Assembly (NCBI GenBank): GCA_951406725.2
Contig: OX597817.1
Coordinates: 123,876,001-123,940,000, forward strand
Length of the DNA stretch: 64,000 nt
Source: Octopus vulgaris
Taxonomy: Eukaryota
Direction of reading: 5' to 3'
The notes under the pieces are model-generated. The model was not told the DNA's origin. It searched no databases and saw nothing but the letters and a program-made list of their open reading frames with translations. The translations under genes were made by a program, and so were the position numbers. This document shows positions 39,595 through 51,560 of the stretch, in pieces (the first letter of the stretch is position 1; each line of letters starts with the position of its first letter).

Positions 39595-40364
39595 CATGTA
39601 CACATTAACATTTCTGTCAATTCTTAGTTTAGCCCAGTCCAAGAAGGTGGAAGAACTGGCAGAATAATGAGAGCATCAGACAAATATGTGAAATGATGTT
39701 ACTTTTTTTTTTCTGGCCCTTTTTTGAGTTCAGATTTATATAAAACCAAATTTGCTTCTGGCTTTGATGAAACAAAATACCAGTCAAGGACTGAGTTTGA
39801 TTTAATTGACTGCCTCCTTACCTTAAGTTTCTGGTCTTATTAGTACATTATTCCTTTATTGTTTGTTTATTTGTTTGATTCCTGCCCTAGGCTTGGATAT
39901 GGTTGTGGGATAACATATTAGAGACGTCAACTATTTCAATAAAATATTTTTAAGTCAATACCAAGAACGAAATACTTAATATTTAATTTTAGAAAAAAAC
40001 CCAAAACAAACAAATCCCTGAAGTTAATTACTCAGAGACACAATCTACATGGAAATATATATAAAGAAAAAACAGTACTTAAGTAAATATAAACTTCTTG
40101 AAAGTAACCAGCAAATGGTCAGAGTAGCAGCAGCATCATTCAAAATGTCTTGCAGTATTTATTCTACCTTCTTGCATTCTAAGTTCAATGCTTACCAAGG
40201 TCAACTTTACCTTTCATCCTGAAGGTAGTGAAGTGGTGAAATTATTAGAATGTTGAACTTAAGGCCTAGCAATACTAGTTCTGGACTCTTGTATTTTGAG
40301 TTCAAATGCTGCTGTAACCTGCTTTGTCATTAGATTTAAATCTTTCCCTGGAACAATAAAAAGA

Positions 40365-40660
40365 GTAAAGACCCCTTGAAAATTACCCTCCAAAGCACAA
40401 GTCTGGACAAGGTTGGTTATGGAAGACCAGCACCCACCCATGCATACCAGCCTCCCCTCTCCACACTACTGATGAGAAAGGCAAAAGCCAATATAGCTTG
40501 GCACCAATGATGCTGGAAGTCATTTCTACAGCTGAGTGAACTGGAGCAATGAGAAATACAGTGTCTTGCTCAAGAACACAGCACACAGCCCGGTCCAGGA
40601 ATTGAACTCACTACCTCATGAATGATAGCCCGATGCTCTAACCACTGAGCTATCACCCCT
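40365..40660 (-). mobile_element. SINE family C
   Basis: Head TAGCTCAGTGGTTAGAGC...GAGTTCAATTCC; colinear with 28283-28620. Confidence 0.85.
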
Positions 40661-41444
40661 GGTTCTAAGGTGACTGTAGTAGACTCCACTCTATTGCAAG
40701 TGTTTGAACCAGGTTTCTAGTAGGGGATACATTTCTTCCACCCTCCTACAAGTCTCAGAGTTTTTATAATCAGTCATCATCTTCATCATCACTGTAATGT
40801 CCACTTCTCCATGCTCATATTGGTTAATATGGAATACCTGTAGCCATATGCTTTTCCAGTCACCAACTCTAACACTGGTATTGTCATAATTTATAGTTAG
40901 TCACAAGTTCGAATCCAGTCGAAACTGACTATACTTTGCAGCATATTTAACTTTATCCCACCCAAGACCAGCCGCCACCCATCCCATAGATCTCTTAAAT
41001 AAGAATCTATAATGTACTTGGGTTGATTCAATGAACTATGTTTCTGAAACATCTGATTCTAGCCTAGTTGCAAAGTAAGGAATCAATGACATTTATATAA
41101 TCAATAATCTCGCCATTGTTTAATATTCATACATATTCAGTAAAAGAGGAGAAATTCACTTGTAATTTAGTAAATGAAACTTTCAAATGCAGAATTAATG
41201 CACTATACTCCTATTTCATTAAATTCTTATTGAAATTAAGAAGCAGAAATCTTAGTTAACATGAAAGAATTATAAAGCATGGACATAATATTTACTGAGT
41301 GTAAATTGAGACATTATCAATCTGTAGCCATCATTTTAATTGACAAAGTTCTCAGAAGTTGAAGGAAGAATCTCCTTTTCCAGGTTTAACAATAATAATA
41401 ATAATAATAACAACAACAACAACAACAACAATAATAATAATAAA

Positions 41445-41883
41445 ATATTCTGCTCAGTACCACAGATTGCTTGTCAGATTTGTTTGACCATAACCAGTTG
41501 AACATGTCCCTTAGTGGCAGACGATATGTGCATCTCTGATCATGAGCAGAAGTAGTGGTGGAGCATCACAGCCTTATGTGTCGAGAGGAATTCTTTAGGG
41601 GTTTGAATAATTCCCTTCTGGAAACATAGGTGTTTCATTCAATATACTTAAACAACCTTTATTCAATGACCATTTGTGCAGGATGAGCTACTTGACCTGA
41701 AAAAAATTCTAACTGGTCCTCACCAACAAGGTCATGTGCTGTTTATCTTGATATGAGATCACTGTATGATTGTGCTGCATATGCCTGTTGTACCCTTATC
41801 ACATGGGTAGTCATGATGGGTATATTGAACTTTGTATATTTTACCCCAGTGTCACTTTGATGACATGCACTGCTCTCTCACTC
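41445..41883 (+). mobile_element. repeat fragment between (AAT)n arrays, probable 3' UTR of a microsatellite-associated retroelement
   Basis: Higher-GC non-coding segment bounded by (AAT/AAC)n on the left and running directly into (AAT)n on the right, the same layout as 32462-33347. Confidence 0.45.
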
Positions 41884-41933
<50 letters not shown>

Positions 41934-41995
41934 TAATTATAATAATAATAATCATAATTATAATAATAATAATCATAATTATAATAATAATAATC

Positions 41996-42041
<46 letters not shown>

Positions 42042-42082
42042 TGATGATGATAATAATGATAATGATGATAATAATAATGATG

Positions 42083-42140
<58 letters not shown>

Positions 42141-42159
42141 TAATAATAATAATAAAAAG

Positions 42160-42191
<32 letters not shown>

Positions 42192-42310
42192 GAAGAAGAA
42201 GAAGTAGAAGAAGAAGAAGAAGAAGAAGAAGAAGAAGAAGAAGAAGAAGAAGAAGAAGAAGAAGAAGAAGAAGAAGAAGAAGAAGAAGAAGAAGAAGAAG
42301 AAGAAGAAGA
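41884..42310. repeat. (AAT)n-(AAG)n compound microsatellite
   Basis: Direct reading. Confidence 0.96.
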
Positions 42311-42884
42311 ATTTCTTACTTAAGCACAAGGCTGTAATTTTAAGGTGCAGTGGTTAATTGATACCATTGACCCCAATACTTGACTGGTGCTGCCTCAGAT
42401 TTGTGTTGACTCAGAAAAGGTGGAAGGCTAATTTAACATTGGCAGAATTTTAAAACTCAGGAAAAAAACGTATCAGAACAAATACTACAACACATTTTTC
42501 CAACATTTTAACAATTCTGTCAGAAAAAAAAAAAATATTGCACTGATACAAGGTCCAAGGTCAGAAATTTTAGGAATGGAATTAGAAATTAAACTGTCAT
42601 CAATACACGAAAGGTAGTTTATTTTATTGACACTTGATGTGTGACAGGCAAAATTGACTCCAGCAACATTTGAATTCAGAATGGAAAGTGTCAGAACAAA
42701 CACATTATTATTTTGTTTAAAACTCTAATAATTCTGCCAGTCCACTTCCTTTTTTAATTGTCCACATTGTCCCATACATGCAATGCAAGATATATTAGAT
42801 AAAAGGGGTTACGAAACATGTTGCCAAGCACACACATGTATACATACATATGAACACATGCATACATACATATGTACATTATGT

Positions 42885-43305
42885 TATCGAGTATGGCCAT
42901 TGCACGAAGCTTAACTGTTACTGATGCTGTGATCGAATGTGACTTTTTAGCCCAGCTAAAGATCTACAATGTCTTGTACAAAATTGGCAACTAAAACCTT
43001 TACTAGTAATAGCCAGCTGTAGTTGTAACTGGGCTTCATGTACCTTTGCATGTCGTTTAAGTCCTCCTGCCGAATTACACTCTCTTCCACATGCCCAACA
43101 AATATGATTAGTATGGTGTGTTACACCACCACCAGTGGCCAGATTGTCACTCATCTGTCTCGTTTTATGACTACGAAGATGACTCATGAGTCCAGCTTTA
43201 CTGATGGAGGGTCTTGCACAGACATTGCATGTCAGAATCAAAGGAAGACCTTTCCCTTCTGGAAGTGTAGCAGCGATGCCCTTCCTGACATCCCTCCTTA
43301 CTTTC
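42885..43305 (-). mobile_element. 3' end of an RTE-type LINE with three C2H2-like zinc fingers
   Basis: CNVCARPSISKAGLMSHLRSH, CWACGRECNSAGGLKRHAKVH, CQFCTRHCRSLAGLKSHIRSQH*; CxxCxRxCxSxxGLxSHxRxH is the RTE/BovB C-terminal motif; no TGEKPY linkers; flanked by CA/TA tracts. Confidence 0.65.
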
Positions 43306-43404
43306 TCATATATATGTACACACACATACATATGCACATACATGCAGATTCACACATATATTCATGCATATATTGGGTGAAGAACAACAATGTAATGTAA
43401 TATA

Positions 43405-44065
43405 TTCTTTTCTAATCTAAGCACAAGGCCCGAAATTTTGGGTAAGGGGACCAGTACACAACTGGTACTTAATTTATTGACCATGAAAGGATGAAAGGCA
43501 AAGTTGACCATGGCGGAATTTGAACTCAGAACGTAAAGAGAGACAAAATACCGCTAAGCATTTCACCCCACATGCTAAAGTTTCTGCCAGATTGCCACCT
43601 TAACACAGATATAATAACCTTTACAACTCTAGGCACAAGGCCTGAAATGTTTGGAGAGGAGGCCAGTTGATTAGATCAACCACAGTATGCAACTGGTACT
43701 TAATTTATTGACCGCAAAAGGATGAAAGGCAAAGTTGACCTTGGTGGAATTTGAACTCAGAATATTAAGACAGATGAAGTACTGCTAAGCATTTCGCTCA
43801 GCAGGCTAAAGTTTCTACCAGCTGGCCACTTTTGTAATGCAATATATTAAAACAGATTAAGATGGTAAGCAGGTAGAATTGTTAGATTGCAGGACAAAAT
43901 GCTTAGTATTATTTTGTCCATCTGAGATGAAATGCTCAGAAGGCCAACTGTGCCTTTCATCCTTTCAAGATTGATAAAATAAGTACCAATTGAGGACTGG
44001 GGTCGACGTAATCAGTTTGTCTCCTACCCACAAAATTGCTGACCTTGTGCCAAAATTTGAAACAA
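43405..44065. mobile_element. cluster of three SINE family A copies (two minus in tandem, one plus)
   Basis: 43405-43600 and 43617-43830 minus; 43860-44065 plus, head-to-head with the second. Confidence 0.85.
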
Positions 44066-44339
44066 ATATATTAAAACAGGTAAAAAATTTAGTACAAAAA
44101 ACAAATAAGAGTGAAATACCCAGAGACAAGTGAGAAACAAATCTGTCATGACATCCTTCAACTCAGAACATATGTTCACACCAACTTCCATCTGCAAATT
44201 GAATCTTCTAGAAGTACCAACCTTTGGTCTTAGCAAATCTGGTAATAGTCCTAAATCCTCTGAATAGTTTCCTTTACCTGTCAGTATATCCACCCAGTGG
44301 TATTGTGGCAACAATACTAATTATGATTACCCGTTTCTA

Positions 44340-44830
44340 TCTGCCACTAATTTTATTTTTCATTTCTCTTTTCTCTTTTTAAGCAATATGTTCTGGCATG
44401 ATTTGGACAAACACATGTGTAGCATGAGAAGTTTTTTACCTGCACGAGTAATCTGACTGATCTCCTCTAACTGACCTAACACTGGGATAGACTTGTGGTG
44501 TTTGTGGATTATCAGTCCCTGGATCTATATGCAGATTCTGCCCATCAATATGTTGTAGCAGTTCACCTCCATCCTCATCAGCTGCCCAAAGTATGCACTT
44601 AAGAAAACAATGAGCTAAGGAAACCGTGTTAGCACTATTGTCTCTGACTGTGGATCTTGGGTTCCTCTTGCCTGAGTATTGTGGAACCACCAAGAGGTTA
44701 GATATGTAGTGCAAGAATGCTGATTGTTTCTCACCTCCTCCCCAGTCTTAAATGTTTCATATATTTCCTCCTTATTTAGGGAGCATACATCCTCCACTTC
44801 TTTTTTGAGGGCATATATAAACTCTGATTA
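44340..44830 (-). mobile_element. decayed gag-like / LINE ORF1 remnant with CCHC zinc knuckle
   Basis: 44424-44383 reads CYTCVCPNHARTYC (C-x2-C-x4-H-x4-C), preceded by frameshifted protein-like segments EFIYALKKEVEDVCSL... and LLVVPQYSGKR...TVR. Confidence 0.55.
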
Positions 44831-47164
44831 TGAAAAACAAAATAATGTCATTTTTCTCCTTGATTTTTCTTGGATAGATTTACTGGGAAATGAGGTACCT
44901 CTTCCATTCTGTTTTATTTTCCTTGGAGTATCAAGTATTTCCATTTGGTTCTTTTTCACTAGCAGAAGATGAGTTACTGCTCTGATTGATGCTTTTGTTT
45001 TTGCTATTTAAGTGTGTTATCACCAAATTTTCTTTTGGTTCTTAAATTGTGTTTGTCTGTGCTCTTTGTTTAAAGAGTTAATTTTTTCTGCCGTTTTCTT
45101 CTTTAATCTGTCTCTGTTCCTGTAAAATTTGTGGGTTTGTGTATTCATTGCCACCACCTGCTACAACTGAAGTTGCTATATTGAACCATTGATAAAGATA
45201 TAAAAACTTATGCTTGCAAAAATATACAGAGACAATAAAATGTCCAAAGATGAATCATCTTTTCCATTACCTAGGTGGGTATTTAAATATACCAAAGCAT
45301 TTTGTAGCATAATAAAAAAATAATAATAAAGCCAGAAAAATCTTTTTTTTTTTTCCTTCTATCAAGAAATCCTAGAAGAAATTACCTTCTAAGCAGATCT
45401 TTGCCAACATATATATCTGTGACATACAATGACAATAACAACAATAATAAATATTGTTGTATAAAAATCACTCTTTAGTAAGCAGAATTGATGCAATATA
45501 CTGCTCTTATGATTTTGAAATTAAGAATCATGAATCTAAGTCATCATAAAGGTTCATAAACCATGGATGTAATGCTTAACGTTGCTTAGAATATATTGCA
45601 GCATAATCATTTTAAAGAAAAATGGTTCTCAATAGTTGATTGATGAATCCAATTTCTTTGTAGTTTTAATAATCCTTCAAAAAGAGTGTTGAATACTGAA
45701 TGAAAACTTGACTCAGAAATATTATTTACATCAATCTTAGGGGAAAAATAAGAATTTAATCGTTTTCATGTTATCCTGGGAATAATATGAAGTCAAGAAA
45801 ATTAATGAAACCGGGCAAGTTTGATTTACTCTTCTCCTCTATATTTTCTAAATTTTGGTACCAAAGAATAATGGAATCTAGATGTTTTATGTTGCCAGGA
45901 ATTCTTGGACAAGAGAGAATATGAGAATTTTATAATATTCATGTTTTTTTTTTGTAATCATTAACAGTATATTGTAAATTCTTAATAGAGTAGATATTAA
46001 ATGAAATATTCATCTTTGGGGGTAGGGTGTCCTCCAGGAATATTAACTTCGAAGTTGATGTTCTTCTCAAACCACTGAAAGTTGACAGGCACAGGAAGAA
46101 AAACATATGTAAGGAAGATTGAAAAGCACTTTGAGAGGCATGTAGATATATCACAAGTGACAAAAGAAGGAGAAATGAGTGGGTTAGTAAAAAATGATAA
46201 AAAATTTGCAAATAACAATACCTGCAGATTCCTTTTTAAAATAGCAACATCAGGGAAAGAAAGGTAGAGAAAATTGGAAGGTCAATGAAGAAAGAAAGTA
46301 AGAGATTTTCTTCTAATATCTAATGATATAGAAGTGAATGTATGTTCCAAGTTGTAGGCCAAACTTTTGAGCTTCAAGACCTGAAATTTTGCACAGGAGC
46401 ACATATTTTCAAAGAGAAAGTATGTGATTTTTAAAAAGATTTGCTCATTATAACTGCAGAAAGGAAATCTACAAATATTGTATACCTGCAAGCAGTACAT
46501 TAGACACTGTGAAAGTTATAAATTAGTAAAATAATTTGCTTGGCTTAATCACGTAAATTAATGCAGTATTTAAAAAAAAAAAAAAAAAGAAATAGTTTTC
46601 TGACAAAAATAATTTGCAAGAGTAAAATTTTATTTTAGCTTCTTTTGCTTATTTTTGTGCCTGTTTTTTATTTAGTTCAACTTTAACCATTTTCTGGTTG
46701 GCTTGGATGTAACAATTCTGAGTAAGTTAATATTTCTAGATAAACTAAAGATTGTCGTCATCTTTTTAAAGTAGAAATTGCTGCAAATATTTAATAAATG
46801 TGATCGTGCATGTATATTACAAATAAAAATAGTATATTTGAAGTGAATCAGTATCAAAAGAACAAACTGTGGAGTAAACCTTCATGGCATGCTATTTGAA
46901 CAGCTGGCTGCAAATTCTTCATCATTTGACCTACGACCATGACTTCATGTGCTCATTCAACATGCTAGAAATAGCAGCTAACATTTTCTCAGTTAATGGT
47001 CTGCCATCTTAAAAACGGGAATAACACATTAGATGATAACTCAAATATGAGATAAAATTATCAGGTCTGAAATGCTTTTGATCATAGGATTGCTCTATCA
47101 AGATTGACTTGGGGCTAAGCAGTAACAGCAACAGTGACACTTGACTCCATGATTCATTGAGCAT

Positions 47165-47390
47165 GGGCGGTGAACTGGCAGAATCGTTAGCATGCCAGGC
47201 GAAATGCTTAGCAGTATTTCGTTTGCTGCTACGTTCTGAGTTCTAATTCCACTTTGCCTTTCATCCTTTTGGGGTCGATTAAATAAGTACCAGTTACGCA
47301 CTGGGGTTGATGTAATCGACTTAATTCATTTGTCTGTCCTTGTTTGTCCCCTCTATGTTTAGCCCCTTGTGGGCAATAAAGAAATAAGTA
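47165..47390 (+). mobile_element. SINE family A
   Basis: GGCGGTGAACTGGCAGAATCGTTAGC...GCCTTTCATCCTTTTGGGGTCGA...AGCCCCTTGTGGGCAATAAAGAAATA. Confidence 0.9.
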
Positions 47391-49568
47391 TTTCGTGAAG
47401 AAGATACAATCAAAATGAATGCATTTTTGTAAACAGTTTGTATACAAGCCACATGACCATTAATGATTTGCACTAAATATAAACTGGATTTCTGCAAAAT
47501 GCATTTATATTTTGTTTGCAAACATGAGAGTCTGCAAAGATTAAGAAGACTATAAGACTGGGTTGTTTTAATTTCATTTATTTTCAGTTTCTCTAAAAAT
47601 ATCTTACAATGTAGAAGAAGTGTGTTAATTAATGACACTTCTTCATATCAGAAACTTGAACATCTCTAAAACTGAATGACTATTCTGTAATCACACTGCT
47701 GAAGATAAAAGTCACTTGTTAACCATAAAAGAAAGAAATGGTAGCACATTACAACATTGCTTACGGTAATAGTATTATATTGAAGATACTGCTGGCATTA
47801 AGTAAAAGTAGAACATTTTATAAAGTAGATAATACTTAATATAGCAGACATCTCCAATTATGCTATCATGAATGGATAGTTTTGTGTCACTGAATATTTA
47901 AAGTATAATTCGGGGATAAACAAATGCCAGTCATTTTATGCAAAGGCCAACAAAAAAAAGAAGAGAAAAGAAAAGAAAAAAGCAACAGAAAAGAAAGACT
48001 GTAAACTGAAGCTTATATTACTACTTGTAAATCACTGTCAACTTTTCACCTTTTGCCAAGCAGTTCTTCAATAGATTCTCATGGTGGTCAAATAAACTTA
48101 TTGAATTAATTGCTGGAAAGAAAACTATAGAATTATTTATTTGGTAGTTTCAAACCCCCATTTCACTAGCAAGATAATGTTAAGTTGTATTGCAAAGATC
48201 CACCTGTATTCTCTCTGCCAACCACCACAAACTAAACACAATTTAAACATGTCTTTAACAATATTGAGTTAATGAAACTGCATCTAATTTATAACCAGGG
48301 TGTTGAAACACCTTAGAATAGCAGTTTCTTACCCTGAGGGTTGAAAATCTCAAAAGTTCTACAAAGGGGGATTTGTGTGCAGAATTCAAAATTTTACCCC
48401 ATAAACGAAGCACCCAGTTCATATAGTAAAGTGTTTGGCATTTGGAAGAGCATCCAGTCATAGAAACCATGCCAAAGCAGACACTATAGCCTAATGCAGT
48501 CTTTAGAGCTATTAGGTTCTGTCAAACTCTCCATGGAAATAGGGATGTTAAATGATGATAATGATAATGATGATGATGATGTGTAAAATGTATAAATTAT
48601 TTGGCTCACTAGGTTTGATCCTACTACATGGCATCTTAGATAAACATATTTACTATAATTTTAAGTCATCCATGATTTGTGAGTAAACTGGATAATGAGA
48701 GTCTATAAAATGGATTGTAATTCAAAGTTCCAACCTTTACACATTTATGTCACACTGATTCAACCTGAGAATTGCATTAAGGACCAACCACTTTGCATGC
48801 TAATTCAATGAGTAGGTTGTCCAGTTAATCGTATAGCTGGATGTTCATACATTGAAATTGACATGAGAGTCCATCATATATTATTCAGTTATATATATTC
48901 ATATATATGTATATATATATTTCATTTGAGAGATGAAACTGAGAAAATGAGTTTGTTGTTAGTTAATAAAATTGGCTTATTAAGTAGACTTACCTTTCAA
49001 ATGCCTAGGCCCTATGGGAAAATTCATCTAAATACAATGGTCTTTGGTGATGAAAAGGTTGAAAATTTACTTATACAGTATTGAACTAGTTTCAAGAGTA
49101 TTGCAAGGTGTCAAATTGAAATAATGCAACTGGCAAAAATGCCAAGAAGAATATTATATGTAATAAGCATTAAGAGATAGGGTGATAAAGTCACAGGAAC
49201 ATTGTAAAGCTATGTTTTATGCTATCATTCAATTTGGTAGATATAGCAGCTAAACCTTCCTCATATCAAACCCTGCCATCTAAAATAAAGGATGATGTAG
49301 TTGTAGCTATACAAGAACGAAAAAAAAATCAAGGATGAGATGATAGAAGCTGGAACATTTTTTGGTCTTAAGTTTGCTTGATCAGGGTTACCTGGGATTA
49401 ACTATGTGACACCAGAACCAGTGCAACGTATAAAGTACAGGTATTGGTGCAACATAAAAAGCACCAGTAGCACCAGCACAGTTGCTGGTGCCACATTAGA
49501 AGCACTGACGCTGGTGCCAGGTAAAAAGCATCCAGTAGATTCTGTAAAGAGGTTGGCACGAGGGACGG

Positions 49569-50035
49569 CATCATCATCATCATTTAGCGTCCGCTTTCCA
49601 TGCTAGCATGGGTTGGACGGTTCAACTGGGGTCTGGGAAGCCAGAAGTCTGCACCAGGTCCAGTCTGATCTGGCAATGTTTCTACGGCTGGATGCCCCTC
49701 CTAATGCCAACTACTCCATGAGTGTAGTGGTGCTTTTTACGTGCCACCGGCACAGTTGCCAGATGGGGCTGGTAAACGGCCACGGTCAGATGGTGCTTTT
49801 TACGTGCCACTGGCACGGGGACCAGGCAAGGCTGGCAACAGCCACGATCAGATGGTGCATTTTACGTGCCACTGGCACGGGGGCCAGGCGAGGCTAGCAA
49901 TAGCCACGATCAGATGGTGCTTTTTACGTGCCACCGGCACAGGGGACAGGCAAGGCTGGCAATGGACATGATCGGATGGTGCTTTTTACGTGCCACCAGC
50001 ATGGGGTCCAGGCGAGGCTGGCAACGGCCACGATT
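49569..50035 (-). mobile_element. dispersed repeat family E with (GAT)n tail and internal 62-bp tandem array
   Basis: Tail GCATGGAAAGCGGACGCTAAATGATGATGAT shared with 54020-54325, 54595-54815 and 59935-60130. Confidence 0.78.
49727..50035. repeat. GC-rich minisatellite, 5 units of ~62 bp
   Basis: GATGGTGCTTTTTACGTGCCAC.GGCAC.GGG.CCAGGC.AGGCTGGCAAC.GCCACGATC repeated. Confidence 0.92.
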
Positions 50036-50419
50036 CAAACTGTAGGAACCAACACAAAAACAGACTATGCTATTTGGTGATTTGCTAGCTCTAGTCAAGC
50101 CATCCAACTTAAAACAGCATTGAAAACAGACATTAAATGGTGATACTGACGATGATGATAACGACAACAATGATAATGATATATAGCTTTTTCAGCAATC
50201 AGTACATGTCACACTTTCCCAGACTTTCTGTATGTACTTTAACTATCAAGACCTACATACCATTTTTCACAACAGTTCATAAATTAACAATGAGATTTTC
50301 AAAATAGTGATTTTTCAAGTTCTAACAAATTATCTCTCTACGTTTTTCCTATTCTCTTGTTTACACTCATACATCTCCATTTAACTGTTTGTATGTATGT
50401 TTTATTCTTTCATTTTCTC

Positions 50420-50665
50420 TTTTATTTTTTTTTATTGTTTCAATCATTAAACTGTGGCCATACTGGGGCACCACCTTGAAGAATTTTTAGTTGAATGAAT
50501 CGATCCCAGTACTTATTTTTATTTCTAAAGCCTGGTACATATTCTATCAATCTCTTTTGCTGAATTGCTATGTACAGAGATGTAAACACACCAATACCAG
50601 TCGTCAAGCAGTGGTTTGGAGCAAACATAGACAGACACACTCACACACACACACATACACAAACA
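50420..50665 (-). mobile_element. SINE family B 3' half
   Basis: ACTGTGGCCATACTGG...CAGTACTTATT...GTAAACACACCAATACCAGTCGTCAAGC. Confidence 0.78.
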
Positions 50666-51027
50666 CTGTAGGTAAGATTTTAAACAGTTTTTTCTGGACA
50701 TAGGCAATATGCCCAGTAGTTTGAACCCATTTCAACTGATTGTTTCAATTAGTATTGCATGTGTGTTAGATGGTAACTTAAGATATATATGTATATTCAT
50801 ATATATTTATATATATAGCAATAATAAATCTTTGAGTGAGATGTAAACAGTAGCAGTGTGACATCATGAAGTATATTTGCCACCTAAATGTGGCTGACCC
50901 ATATGGGACAATGCTACTGTAATTTATAGCCCCAAGAAGACATCTCCTCCAACTGGCTAATGACACACTGTCTGTGCTTGATCAGTATTTGTGAAAGGAA
51001 GTCATCGTTCCCTAGCCTTATGAGATA

Positions 51028-51072
51028 CACACAGACCCAGGTTTCTGGATAGTAACCCGTCATCAGCGTGTG
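51028..51072 (-). ncRNA. type I hammerhead ribozyme motif with GUC cleavage site
   Basis: CACACG-CTGATGA-C GGGT(TACT)ATCC A-GAAA-C(CTGG)G-TC-TGTGTG; 6-bp stem I, canonical core, first stem II pair is C-A. Confidence 0.75.
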
Positions 51073-51221
51073 GCAATCACTGGCTAGGGATGAGAAGTGA
51101 TTTCAAATGCAAAATACTATATGCTTTTCCAGTGACAAATTGCCTCTGATCTCAGAAGGAGAATCAAGCAAGGCTAGAGATGGGAACAATGATTTCCCTT
51201 CGCAAATACTGATTTGTGATA

Positions 51222-51560
51222 ATGAAGAAGTTTGAAAATTCTTCAGTTTCGTTGTCATCAGACAGTGTAGCAAAATCAATTGGAGAATTTATCTATAACC
51301 CAGAAGAAGGTACTACTTTTTCTTCATAGTCTCAAAGATATGAAGAAATCTTCAAAGAAGAATGTAAAAACTGGAATGACGAGAAGAAGGTATGACTTCT
51401 TTAAAGGAAGTTATCTCCTGCCAAACACGAAAAATACTGTCACTATATTCTGCCAAAGAAACCAAGTGAAATTTATTTCGACGAAACAGTTAATTTGTTA
51501 TCGAGAATTTTCAGTGAAGGAAGTTCCCTGTTCAGTACTCATTGGCAATGTTTAAATTTA
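51222..51560 (+). mobile_element. Ty3/Gypsy gag remnant (K02A2.6-like type)
   Basis: IGEFIYNPEEGTTFSS*SQRYEEIFKEECKNWNDEKKV*LL*RKLSPAKHEKYCHYILPKKPSEIYFDETVNLLSRIFSEGSSLFSTHWQCLNL with three in-frame stops. Confidence 0.82.

Noticed and set aside
39405-39608. Poly-lysine / poly-serine ORFs
   Set aside because: Pure (GAA)n repeat
49727-50035. CRISPR-like array
   Set aside because: Whole units repeat with no unique spacers, no cas genes, eukaryotic context
51245-51265. CTGATGA-CAAC-GAAAC on minus
   Set aside because: No room for stem II; lies inside the gag remnant
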